The notes beneath the pieces are model-generated. The model was given only the letters and a program-made list of their open reading frames with translations, did not search any database and had not been told where the DNA came from. This document shows, one piece after another, positions 1-8,982 of a stretch of 64,000 bases of DNA. The number at the start of each line of letters is the position of its first letter. Within the stretch, counting starts at the first letter, position 1. The position numbers and the translations under genes are program-made. Origin of the DNA: Candidatus Woesearchaeota archaeon (lineage in GTDB: Archaea; Nanobdellota; Nanobdellia; Woesearchaeales; ARS49); assembly GCA_038884575.1 (NCBI GenBank), contig JAWABQ010000002.1:16893-80892 (forward strand). Direction: 5' to 3'.

Positions 1-1686
1 ACATAATCAGCAACCTGAAGCATTTCAAGCTTTAATGATACTCCAAGATTAACAAGCTCTTTCAGGACGCCGGAGCCTTTTTCGCGATAGTCAGCAAACA
101 CAATGGCTGGCTGTTCTGGCTTTTCATACTTCATCAACGGGTGCGCAAAGCGCCTTCCCAAATCCTTTCTCAAATCATCAAGGACCCTGTGCATTCTTTT
201 TTCCTTGTGGTGCGCGCTCCACCTGTAGCCCTCATCCCTTGTGTTTTGAGCCATAAGGACAACAACACTGCCTTTTTCCTGCCTTCCTGTCCTTCCGCGG
301 CGCTGTATAGTCCTTATTGCAGAAGGAATTGGCTCGTAAAACACAACAAGGTCAACACAAGGAATGTCAAGGCCTTCCTCTGCAACACTGGTGCAAATCA
401 AAACATTGTACAATCCGTCCTTGAACTGCTCAATCATCTCAATCTGCTTCTTCTGGCTGAGCCCTGTGTCGCCTTTTTTCGCCTGCCCGACAAAAATCGC
501 AGGAACAACACCCTGCGCTTTCTCAATCTCTTCCTTGATTTTTACTGCGCTGTCACGGAACTGGGTGAAAAGCAAAATTTTCGCTTTTTTGTTCTCTGAA
601 ACAGCCCTTGCGACAATTCCGCGGGCAACAGCAAGCTTTGGGTGCTCTATCTTTTCATCAACCAGTTTTTGCGCCTTGACAAAAGCAGTGCGGAAGTTCA
701 AGTCCTTTGCAAGGTTCTTGACCGCCTTTACCTTGCTTGTCTCTGCCTCTGACATCAGTTTTTCAAGATACTTGTACAGGGCAGTGCTTCCCTGGCTTTC
801 CAAAAGCTCCAATGCATGCTGGACTTTCATTGCCTCTGCTGCCAATGACAAAGCCCTCATTGTCTCAAAGCCGCGCTCACCAGCAGCAAGCCTTGCATGA
901 AGCTCTGCCTGCAGACCAAGAAGCTCTTTTTTGCTGAAATAATCAACAGGCTTTGCAACCCCAAGCTCTCTCAAAGAGGCAAGCTTGCTCTTTATGCAGT
1001 TCTCGAGGTATTTCTTGACATCAAGGAATTCTGCCGGCAGAGGAACTTTTACCCATTGCACATCTGTTTCCTGCACGTAAGGGCGGACATCAGGGTCTGA
1101 ATCTGTGCGGATTTCAACAGCCTCAATGAAAAGGTTCTTGCACACCTCCTCAATCTTCAAAACATCAGAGCCTGGAGACGCAGTCAAGGCAAGGATTCTG
1201 GGATATTTTGCCTTGGCATTGTACTGCTTTGCTATGAAATTATAGCTGTAATCGCCTGTTGCCCTGTGAGCCTCGTCAAACACGATTAATGAGACATCTG
1301 CCAGTGAGATTTTGTCAGACATGATGTCATTTTCCAATCCCTGCGGTGTTGAAAAAACAACTTTTGCCTTCTGCCACATCTCATGCCTTTTTGCAGGCGC
1401 AACCTCGCCTGTGAACAATGCAAAGCCATCCTCGGGCAATTGGATATTCTGCCTGAAGGTCTGCAAGTGCTGTTCTGCCAAGGGCTTTGTGGGAGCCAGA
1501 AGAAGAATTTTTGACAAAGGAAAATGCTGCAATCTTTGGGCTGCAAGCATAAATGCAATTGCAGTCTTGCCCATTCCTGTCGGAAGCACAACAAGGGTGT
1601 TCCTGGTTGCTGCTGTTGAAAGAATAGTTTCCTGATACAATCTCGGCTTGAACCCATTCACAAGCATGGCAAAAACAGCAGGCATT
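1..1686 (-). CDS. hef: Hef/FANCM-family ATP-dependent helicase, helicase domains only; partial because the C-terminal part lies beyond the window start
   Basis: The ORF track omits it because it runs off the window edge. My own minus-strand translation gives MPAVFAMLVNGFKPRLYQETI...LVVLPTGMGKT (Walker A)...IVFDEAHRATG (DEAH)...ICTSVAEEGLDIP (motif V)...QRRGRTGR (motif VI). The start-codon complement is at 1684-1686. Confidence 0.75.
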
Positions 1687-1729
1687 TCTGTTTAAAAGCC
1701 TTACGCGGGCATTTTAGAGTGTCCAGTGG

Positions 1730-2062
1730 TTATGTGCTTCTAATCCACTTTTCCTTATGGACAACATAGCTTAGGAGGATGCCAATAACATAAAGTATCA
1801 CAATCACGCGCCTGTCTGTGTTGATGCTCCCTATTATTATCCCGAGCAGTACGGCAAGGGTGACTATTGATATGTAAAGCGTGTTCATGTGCTTCTTTAT
1901 CCTTGTGTACCAGAACCTTCCAAGTATTGCGCCGATAAGGAAGGCAACAGCATATGCAGTGCCGACATAAGCGCCCCTTGCTGAAAGATAGAACGCAATT
2001 ATCAGAAATGCGCCTGCCACGTATTCAACCCAGAATGACTCCCATTGTGCTTTTTTGTCCAT
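1730..2062 (-). CDS. small hydrophobic membrane protein (hypothetical)
   Basis: 110-aa ORF with three predicted TM helices. It is tightly packed against the next gene (2062). Confidence 0.45.
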   Translation of the reverse strand: MDKKAQWESFWVEYVAGAFLIIAFYLSARGAYVGTAYAVAFLIGAILGRFWYTRIKKHMNTLYISIVTLAVLLGIIIGSINTDRRVIVILYVIGILLSYVVHKEKWIRST

Positions 2063-2793
2063 TATTTCACCAGCGCGTCAAATGCAAGCCAGCACAAAAA
2101 GCCAATTACCAGCGCAAGCATTATGCTCCACAGCAGGCTGATGTGCGCAATCAAATAAAGTATGAGGAATGCGAGCATTGCAAATATTGCGAACACAAAA
2201 ACAAACCCGTAAATCCTTGAAGCCGCAAAAACATGCACTCCGTCCAAAGGGGGAATTGGGATGATGCAGTAAAGGGCAAACAAGAGGCTGAACTCAAAAA
2301 GCCCTGCAAACAATGCAGGGGCGGCAAGCTGGAGCAAAAAGCCGATTACAACTGCAGCTACAGGGCCTGAGAATGCAACACGCCCTATCGGGAAAAGGCT
2401 TGGACCATACCTGTGCTCTCCAAGCCGATGCACTGCAAGAAAATGCGCCTGCATTGCACTCGCTGCCAGTATTATCACCTTGCCGTTGGAGAGCAACACG
2501 CCAAGCACCCCTGCAAGCAGCCCTGCCCACCAAATCCTGTGCTCAATGCGGTAGCCAAAGAAAATGCCGTACAGGCGCTGGGCAGAATGGTGAACGAACA
2601 CAACAATTGCGACCATTATTACTGCAACAAGGAAGTTCTTAATCCCTGCTGCAAATTCAAACCTTGTTTCGCCCCACTGCGTAAAAGACCAGAAGAACGC
2701 AAAAGCAAGCACCATTACAATGAAATTGTTCCACTCAGTCTTTGAGAAAGGAAAATACCTTTTGACCTTATCCTTGTAATTCGCCCAGGACAT
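2062..2793 (-). CDS. site-2-protease-like (peptidase M50 family) polytopic membrane protein with a degenerate active site
   Basis: 243-aa multi-TM ORF with PIPPLDGVHVF (the LDG motif of M50). The sequence is HHSAQ where HExxH is expected. It is a paralog of the intact M50 gene at 55183-55743. Confidence 0.5.
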   Translation of the reverse strand: MSWANYKDKVKRYFPFSKTEWNNFIVMVLAFAFFWSFTQWGETRFEFAAGIKNFLVAVIMVAIVVFVHHSAQRLYGIFFGYRIEHRIWWAGLLAGVLGVLLSNGKVIILAASAMQAHFLAVHRLGEHRYGPSLFPIGRVAFSGPVAAVVIGFLLQLAAPALFAGLFEFSLLFALYCIIPIPPLDGVHVFAASRIYGFVFVFAIFAMLAFLILYLIAHISLLWSIMLALVIGFLCWLAFDALVK

Positions 2794-2889
2794 GCTGTGG
2801 GTTTCTTTTTATTAAGTATATAAATTATGCTAGTTGCGCACAGCGATAAAGACACTCGCTCCGAGTTCGGCTCTCCACAAGCTCGAGCC

Positions 2890-3600
2890 TCACTCAGTCG
2901 CTCGGAAAGCAACAGAATTATATTTTCGAAGTTCTTCCCTGACAAGCTGAATAAGCTCTTTTTCGTGGCCTGCGCCGACAACAGCAACAATTCTCTTATC
3001 AGGATTGTTTGCCATGAGGTATGCAAGGTTTTTTGCCATCACATGGTTGCGCTCTGTCACAAGGACCCTGTACATATTCGGGTAGCGCTTCTTGACCTGC
3101 CTTATCATCCTGCCTATTAATTTCTGGCTTGGCACAGTGCTAAGGTCAAAATCAAACTCGCTCTTCCTGAGGATTAGCCCTTTGATAACATCAACGAACA
3201 AATTCCATTTTTCCTTCCAGCTCATTGCCTGCGAGAAGCGCTTGAGGGTTATTTCAATGTCCTGGTCAACAAGCGCAATTGGAATGTTCAGCGCTTTTGC
3301 AGCCCTTACAGCCTGCATCATCTCTGCGCCAGGCTTCATCCCTACTTTTTCACCAAGCTTTTTCTCAACCCAGGCGCCAATGATGCTGAAAAGCCAGCCC
3401 TTGAAGCCAATCCGCCTTATGTCCTTCCAGCCAAGCCCTTTCTTTTGCGGGTGAAGCAGGGCATAAAGGCGCTTCCTATCAAGCTCCAAAGCGACAACTG
3501 CAGGCTTCTCATCCTGTATTGCGCTGGCCACTTCTGCCACGCTCTCTGCAGCTATGTGCGATGTGCCAATGAGCGAAAGGTTGCGGTAATGCATGGTCAT
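2890..3600 (-). CDS. TraB/PrgY (GumN) family protein
   Basis: 236 aa. The N-terminus LIGTSHIAAESVAEV matches the TraB-family GTxH.S.ES signature, and there is a conserved C-terminal GAGH motif (VVGAGHEKEL). Confidence 0.7.
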   Translation of the reverse strand: MTMHYRNLSLIGTSHIAAESVAEVASAIQDEKPAVVALELDRKRLYALLHPQKKGLGWKDIRRIGFKGWLFSIIGAWVEKKLGEKVGMKPGAEMMQAVRAAKALNIPIALVDQDIEITLKRFSQAMSWKEKWNLFVDVIKGLILRKSEFDFDLSTVPSQKLIGRMIRQVKKRYPNMYRVLVTERNHVMAKNLAYLMANNPDKRIVAVVGAGHEKELIQLVREELRKYNSVAFRATE

Positions 3601-3625
3601 TGCAAGAAATGCACTGTTTAAATAT

Positions 3626-3961
3626 CTACCCTGCGCGGTACTTGAACTCGCTAAGCGTTATTTTGATAAGCTCACGCAAATACTTTATCCTGTCAAGCAC
3701 TGCCACGTCCTGGGTCTGGGTGCCAAGGTTGTCAAGCATTTCTGAAATCCTGATAAGCTCGTGAGGATTGTTCCTGAGCCCTGCCACGGTGAAGCTCTCA
3801 ATGGTTTGGATGTATGCAAGTATTGTTTCAGGGTCTGCAGAGCGCCTTTCAAGGAGAAGCTTCTTGATTTCATACAGGCAGGCAAGCACCCTGTCGACAA
3901 GGGTCCTGCGCGAAGTAACTTCAGACATAAGCATTTGTTTGCATAATGGGTTAATAAACAT
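3626..3961 (-). CDS. hypothetical protein
   Basis: 111-aa ORF with normal composition. The start may instead be the internal Met (MLMSEVT). The overlapping ORF 3685-4137 is rejected. Confidence 0.4.
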   Translation of the reverse strand: MFINPLCKQMLMSEVTSRRTLVDRVLACLYEIKKLLLERRSADPETILAYIQTIESFTVAGLRNNPHELIRISEMLDNLGTQTQDVAVLDRIKYLRELIKITLSEFKYRAG

Positions 3962-3983
3962 TCCTTTATGCCCAACACAAAAT

Positions 3984-3991
3984 TTATATAG
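3984..3991 (+). promoter_or_regulatory. archaeal TATA box (TTTATATA) upstream of the PRC-barrel gene
   Basis: TTTATATA lies about 48 bp upstream of the ATG at 4039. An RBS-like GAGGGAGGATG sits at 4025-4035. Confidence 0.5.
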
Positions 3992-4038
3992 CTGTGACGC
4001 TCCAGAGTGACACTACTGCTCAAGAGGGAGGATGAATC

Positions 4039-4332
4039 ATGCTGAAAATGAAGAAAATCTCGGACACTTTTGACATGAAAGTTTTTACTGACACAGGCGA
4101 TTATTTCGGAGACATCGAGGAAGCGCTCCTTACGCAAAGCAAGGTTTATGGCTGGCGTGTCCGCGCCACAAAAAACTCATTCCTGAGCAAGGTGCTTGGC
4201 TCTGCAAAAGGGGTTGTCGTGCCGCACCAGCTTGTGAAGGCAATGGGCGACATAATGATAATCAGCAAGGCGGCAGTCCCTGCATACAGCGAGGAAGGCG
4301 AGGAAGAATCAGCACCTGCAGAAGCTGCCTAA
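4039..4332 (+). CDS. PRC-barrel domain protein
   Basis: 97 aa. KVFTDTGDYFGDIEEALL...GWRV is the PRC-barrel pattern. It has its own TATA and RBS and an acidic tail. Confidence 0.55.
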   Translation: MLKMKKISDTFDMKVFTDTGDYFGDIEEALLTQSKVYGWRVRATKNSFLSKVLGSAKGVVVPHQLVKAMGDIMIISKAAVPAYSEEGEEESAPAEAA

Positions 4333-4371
4333 AGGTTTTTATTTAGCACTTGTTCTTTGTCTTTTCATTAT

Positions 4372-4442
4372 ACGGCGCTGGTCTAGTGGTATGACCTGAG
4401 CTTCCCAAGCTCATGGTGCGGGTTCGATTCCCGCGCGCCGTA
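4372..4442 (+). tRNA. tRNA-Gly (anticodon CCC)
   Basis: Hand-folded cloverleaf: acceptor ACGGCGC/GCGCCGT, anticodon arm TGAGC-TTCCCAA-GCTCA, T arm GCGGG-TTCGATT-CCCGC. Confidence 0.75.
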
Positions 4443-4472
4443 TTCTGGCGCTGCGCCCGCGCCGTATCAGAA

Positions 4473-4961
4473 TTATTCCTTCCAAGGCTCAACTGTTGCA
4501 TAGAGGCTTTCTATGCCTTTTCTCAATGCTTTTCTTTCTGTGATTTTGTCATGGGTCGCAGGCAGGATTATCCAGCGCTTGTCCAAAGACGAATTCGGAT
4601 TTACAAAATAGACAGACAGATGGGGGTATTTTACCAGTTCTTGCCAGTTGCTTATGAGAAATTCTGCATTCTCCTTTGTGTTTGCCGTGACAAGTACAAT
4701 GTGCTTGTCTTTCAGGGAATCAAGCCTGCTGAGGTCAGAAAGCTCTGGCTGTATTATTACGTACTGGTTCTTCAGCGCGCCCTCAATAAATACATCAGCA
4801 TTTTCAGAGTCGCTTTTTATTGACTTTATGTGCTGGGTGATTACATCGCGGCTTTTCATGTACCCAACAATCCATTCCTTGAGAACTTCCTTTGTGCCTG
4901 CCATATCCTGCCTTTTTGAGCCCAAATATAAAAACATTTCTAGTATACGGAATGGTAACAT
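4473..4961 (-). CDS. hypothetical protein
   Basis: 162-aa ORF. The likely true start is the internal MAGTKEV. No recognisable motif. Confidence 0.45.
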   Translation of the reverse strand: MLPFRILEMFLYLGSKRQDMAGTKEVLKEWIVGYMKSRDVITQHIKSIKSDSENADVFIEGALKNQYVIIQPELSDLSRLDSLKDKHIVLVTANTKENAEFLISNWQELVKYPHLSVYFVNPNSSLDKRWIILPATHDKITERKALRKGIESLYATVEPWKE

Positions 4962-5082
4962 TTATATATTAGTATAATAGTGATAAATATCCATGAGCGC
5001 GGGCAGCGCAGACATAATCTGCTGGTCCACGCTCACAATGTTCGCGCGGGAAAAAGAGGTAATATAGAGAGGTGCAGAGGGT

Positions 5083-5829
5083 ATGAGCGAAGAATTGCTG
5101 ATGCGCAAGGTTGTTTCTAACCTGGTTGAGCAGACCAATGGTGTAAGGCAGTCAGAGACGGTATCAAACGCGGACAACTTCAAGAAAATACTGCCCACGC
5201 TGCTTGAGAAAGGCCTGGACAACATCAACCTGTCCATGTTCAACGAGGTGACAAGAAGGCATGTCCTTAATGTCCTTGGTGACGAATACCAGCGCAAAGG
5301 CAAGCTCAATGATGCAGTAAAGGCGTTCATACTCGCAGGAAACAAGCTGAAGCTGACAGAAATCGGAGAGGACTATGAGCGCGTCGGGCTGTTCGGCAAT
5401 GCTGTTGACTGCTACAACCTTGCCGACAACCATGCAAAGCTGCTCAGGCTTGGAAACAAGTGCCTTGAGGATGGAAGGCTTGGTGATGCAATCAAGGCAT
5501 TCAGGGCAATAAATAATTCCGAGCGCCTGCTTAAGGTCGGAGACGACTGCCTTGCGCGCGGAAAATGGGACCACGCAATAGAGGTCTTCACAGCGGTCAG
5601 GAACCCTGCAAAGCTTGTCACGGTCGGAGACAAATGCGTCCAAGAAAACCAGCTAGGATACGCTCTCAAGGCATACGAGCTTGCAAATGACAAGGAAAAG
5701 CTCTCGTCGCTCGGCGATACCTGCCTGAGGGAAAACCTTTTCACAATGGCACTGCAGGCATACAAGCTTTCCGGCAATGAGATGATGGTGCAATTCATAA
5801 AGGAAAACTTTTCACACAAGATAGGGTGA
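5083..5829 (+). CDS. tandem-repeat protein with about six ~31-residue repeats (family unknown)
   Basis: 248 aa. Visible repeats include KLLRLGNKCLEDGRLGDAIKAFRAINNSER / LLKVGDDCLARGKWDHAIEVFTAVRNPAK / LVTVGDKCVQENQLGYALKAYELANDKEK / LSSLGDTCLRENLFTMALQAYKL. Confidence 0.55.
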   Translation: MSEELLMRKVVSNLVEQTNGVRQSETVSNADNFKKILPTLLEKGLDNINLSMFNEVTRRHVLNVLGDEYQRKGKLNDAVKAFILAGNKLKLTEIGEDYERVGLFGNAVDCYNLADNHAKLLRLGNKCLEDGRLGDAIKAFRAINNSERLLKVGDDCLARGKWDHAIEVFTAVRNPAKLVTVGDKCVQENQLGYALKAYELANDKEKLSSLGDTCLRENLFTMALQAYKLSGNEMMVQFIKENFSHKIG

Positions 5830-5833
5830 AGAA

Positions 5834-6106
5834 ATGAGATGCAACACACACAGGAAGGAGTTTGAAGGTGCTTGCAACTGGTGCGGCAAAAAGCTCTGCC
5901 CGATGTGCATAGCAAAGCAGGAAGGAAGGAAATACTACTGCGAGGCATGCGCTGTCGCACTTGTCCCGTTCAAGCGGGAAAGGCTTCCGGCAGTCGAAAT
6001 AACAAGGAAGCCAGAGATGCCTGTGGCGACAGGACAGCAGGAAACCGAGCCAGAAGTCAAGAGAAGATTTGTGCTCGGCAAGGACGGCTATTTTGAACTC
6101 AAGTGA
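5834..6106 (+). CDS. small zinc-finger protein with eight Cys/His ligands
   Basis: 90 aa: CNTH...CNWCGKKLCPMCIAKQEGRKYYCEAC, followed by a charged tail. Confidence 0.5.
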   Translation: MRCNTHRKEFEGACNWCGKKLCPMCIAKQEGRKYYCEACAVALVPFKRERLPAVEITRKPEMPVATGQQETEPEVKRRFVLGKDGYFELK

Positions 6107-6576
6107 GGAATGATGACATGGATGTAGAAAAATTACGCAGAATCAATATGCTAAGCTCAGAGCTGAAAAAACACGGAATGGCAGAATCATCCCAGGATGC
6201 TTACACGCAGGCGCAGCAAATGATACAAGTTATACCAAAAGACAGCGCACAAGAGTCGCAGGAAAGTATAATCGTAGAAACAGCGCCTGCTTATGATCCT
6301 TTGGCATCAAAGCAGTTCCAGCTGGAAATCGAGAAAATGCAGAAAGAGTTTTCCGGAGAGCTTGACGTGCTCAGGAATGCAATGAATCAGCTCATAACAG
6401 AAGTGAACTCCTTGCGTGAAGAGCTCAGCAAGGTGCAGACAGCACAGCCTCCAAAGCAGAAGGAAAAGCAGGCTGAGCTCAGGACCGAGGCAAAAGTCTC
6501 GCACCCAAGGCAGGGAGACTGGAAGCCAGGCGACGTGGACATACAAAAGATGTTCTACTACGGCACAAAAAAGTGA
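6103..6576 (+). CDS. coiled-coil protein (hypothetical)
   Basis: 157 aa, Q/E/K-rich heptad-like region, overlaps the upstream gene by 4 nt. Confidence 0.45.
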   Translation: MRNDDMDVEKLRRINMLSSELKKHGMAESSQDAYTQAQQMIQVIPKDSAQESQESIIVETAPAYDPLASKQFQLEIEKMQKEFSGELDVLRNAMNQLITEVNSLREELSKVQTAQPPKQKEKQAELRTEAKVSHPRQGDWKPGDVDIQKMFYYGTKK

Positions 6577-6578
6577 GC

Positions 6579-7325
6579 TCAGTCGTTCTCAACGCGTGGA
6601 GCCAGGATAAAGCTCAGTAAAAGCTTGTCAACAACCTTGTATTCAAGCTTCAACGGATAATCCTGGTTGAAGTTGACGCTTACCGTGTCAGTGAGCTTGC
6701 CTGCCTGAATCATCTTCTTCAGGTATTCGATTGAGTACTTTGCCTTGACCTTTGCCTGGCTCTCTGTGGTGACCTTTGTGTCACTGCCGTGAGCCATCTC
6801 AATATGCGCCTTGCTCAGGTCGCCCTCTGCAGAGACAGAGAACTTGTTCGGCTCTGCTGCAAAAGTCACTGATTCAGCCACAATGTCAGCATCCTCGATT
6901 GCCTCGTTAAGCACTGTCGAGCTTGTCTGGACGCTGACAGGGAAAGTCAGGCTGGGAACCCTCTGCTCCTTTTCCTCAATGTCAATTATCGGCAGTGAGA
7001 AAGTGCGTATTGTGCTGCCCTTCAGGGTTATCTGGAGCTTGTTCTCGTCAGTAACCTGCAGGGTAAGAATGTCATTTGCCTTTGCCCTCCTCAAGACCTG
7101 CTTGAGGTTTGCAAGGTTTATTGCGAGTTCTGTCTCTTTTGGAACATCATATTCTGTGAAAGCGCTTGACAGCAGCTTGTAAACAACCATTGCCACGTTG
7201 GCAGGATCCATTGCGACCATTTCAAGGCCGTCCCTTGAGATCTTAAAGCGCGCTTCGTTGACCAGGTCGGAAATGACAGCTATGCTGTCCTTGAGATATG
7301 TTGGATCTGCCAAAACAAGTTTCAT
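6579..7325 (-). CDS. pcn: DNA polymerase sliding clamp PCNA
   Basis: 248 aa; the length and two-domain layout fit PCNA, with a C-terminal acidic tail. Confidence 0.8.
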   Translation of the reverse strand: MKLVLADPTYLKDSIAVISDLVNEARFKISRDGLEMVAMDPANVAMVVYKLLSSAFTEYDVPKETELAINLANLKQVLRRAKANDILTLQVTDENKLQITLKGSTIRTFSLPIIDIEEKEQRVPSLTFPVSVQTSSTVLNEAIEDADIVAESVTFAAEPNKFSVSAEGDLSKAHIEMAHGSDTKVTTESQAKVKAKYSIEYLKKMIQAGKLTDTVSVNFNQDYPLKLEYKVVDKLLLSFILAPRVEND

Positions 7326-7358
7326 ATGCTCCCCCTCACTCCTGCGGAATAGTTAAAC

Positions 7359-7366
7359 CTATATAA
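7359..7366 (-). promoter_or_regulatory. TATA box (CTTTATATAG on the minus strand) for PCNA
   Basis: It lies in the short gap between the RNase J stop and the PCNA start. A GGAGTGAGGGGGAG RBS-like stretch precedes the ATG. Confidence 0.45.
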
Positions 7367-7377
7367 AGATTATTGTT

Positions 7378-8715
7378 TCAGACTATTTGTATTTTCTGCC
7401 CTGTGATTATGCCGTGGACTTTGTCGTGCTTGTAGCCCATTTCCTCTGCCAAGGCAATGAACGAGTCAATCCTGTGAGGCTCGCCATGTGTTGGAATGAT
7501 GTGCCTTGGCTTCAGCATGGTGATTATTTCCCTTATGTCCTCCCTGCTCGAGTGCCCTGAAACGTGAATATCAGAGAAGATCCTGACGCCAAGGCTTCTC
7601 AATTGCTCATCCATTTCAGCCCTGTTTTTCCTGTTGATATCAGCAGGAATCACTATGCAGGAAAAGACAACATGGTCGCCTGGGTTGAACTTGAAGTGGA
7701 GCTCGCCGCGGATTATCCTTGCAAGCGCAGACTTGGGCTCTCCCTGGTGCCCAGACATGACAATCAGGAACTTTTCCCTTCCACGCGCCTGTATTTCCTT
7801 GAGCTTTTTCTCAATCTGGCGCCTGTACTTCAGGATTTCGACATTTTCAAACTTTGTTATGCCTGCTGCCTCTGCTGCCCAGCAGTACTTTGCTATTGAG
7901 CGGCCCATAAAAACAACCTTTCTGCCCATTTTTTTGCCATATTCAGCAATCGCCTTTAATCTGGCAATGTGGCTGGCAAAAGTCGTGACAATCACTGCCT
8001 TTCCCTTGCTGTTCACACCCATAAGCACATCATCAAGCATGTCCTTTGCCACGGCCTCTGAAGGGGTCTTTCTTGCCTCAGGCGCATAAAGGCAGTCCTG
8101 GATTAGGAGCAATACGCCTTTTTCACCCAGCTTCTTGAAATGCTCATAGTTCGGCTTTGTGCCTATTCCAGGCCTGTCGTCAAGCTTATAGTCATTGCCA
8201 TAAATGATTGTCCCGTGCCTTGTGTGCAAAGTGATAAGGACATCCTGCGGTGTTGAGTGGGTTATTGCGCAGAACTCAAGCACAAGGTTATCGCCAATGG
8301 TGGTCCTCTGGTTTGGGTAAAGCGGGCTTATCTTGTTCGGCAGCTTGATGTTCTCGTCCTTGCATATGGACTTAAGGACTTCTGCTGTGAAAGGCGTGCA
8401 GATTATCGGCGCGTCATATTTTGCAGCAAGGTAAGGCACAGCGCCGATATGGTCAAGGTGGGCGTGCGATAGCACGATTGCAACAACATTTGCGCGCCAG
8501 TCCTTTATTGCGCTGTCCTGTGGCACTGCATCAACCCTCTTCAAGGCAGACTCGTTAATGCTCACTATCTCGCCTATCTCCTCCTCTGTGAGCTTGATGT
8601 AGTTGGGCATGTTCAGACCCATGTCAAGGATGACAACCTGGTCGTCAATCCTTATGGCAGTCATGTTCCTGCCAACCTCACCATAACCGCCTACTGCAAA
8701 CACTTCAACACCCAT
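7378..8715 (-). CDS. rnj: archaeal RNase J (beta-CASP / metallo-beta-lactamase ribonuclease)
   Basis: 445 aa, HAHLDHIGAVPYL (HxHxDH), and an MBL plus beta-CASP layout. Confidence 0.8.
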   Translation of the reverse strand: MGVEVFAVGGYGEVGRNMTAIRIDDQVVILDMGLNMPNYIKLTEEEIGEIVSINESALKRVDAVPQDSAIKDWRANVVAIVLSHAHLDHIGAVPYLAAKYDAPIICTPFTAEVLKSICKDENIKLPNKISPLYPNQRTTIGDNLVLEFCAITHSTPQDVLITLHTRHGTIIYGNDYKLDDRPGIGTKPNYEHFKKLGEKGVLLLIQDCLYAPEARKTPSEAVAKDMLDDVLMGVNSKGKAVIVTTFASHIARLKAIAEYGKKMGRKVVFMGRSIAKYCWAAEAAGITKFENVEILKYRRQIEKKLKEIQARGREKFLIVMSGHQGEPKSALARIIRGELHFKFNPGDHVVFSCIVIPADINRKNRAEMDEQLRSLGVRIFSDIHVSGHSSREDIREIITMLKPRHIIPTHGEPHRIDSFIALAEEMGYKHDKVHGIITGQKIQIV

Positions 8716-8845
8716 TTTTTTGCCTCATTCCCAGCTTATTCCCAAGCAGGGACAGGGAACTGGCAGGACTCGCCGACTATAAAAACATTTGCCTGGGACT
8801 CATGGGAACGAAAGGCATTTGAAGGGTAGAAATGGGTTTATTAAA

Positions 8846-8928
8846 TGCGCCGGACAGGATTTGAACCTGCGTAGGCACTAAGCCAACAGCTCTTGAGGCT
8901 GTCCCGTTTTCCGCTCCGGCACCGGCGC
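8846..8928 (-). tRNA. tRNA-Leu (anticodon CAA), long variable arm
   Basis: The reverse complement folds with acceptor GCGCCGG/CCGGCGC, anticodon arm ACAGC-CTCAAGA-GCTGT, a long variable arm and T loop GGTTCAAATCC. Confidence 0.75.
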
Positions 8929-8982
8929 GAATAGGTGCATTAGAAATCTCTTTTTCAGTCTTTAAAAATCTATCCTAATTAA

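Noticed and set aside
3685-4137. 150-aa minus ORF overlapping 3626-3961 and the PRC-barrel gene
   Set aside because: It overlaps two better-supported genes and a promoter, and its composition is poor.
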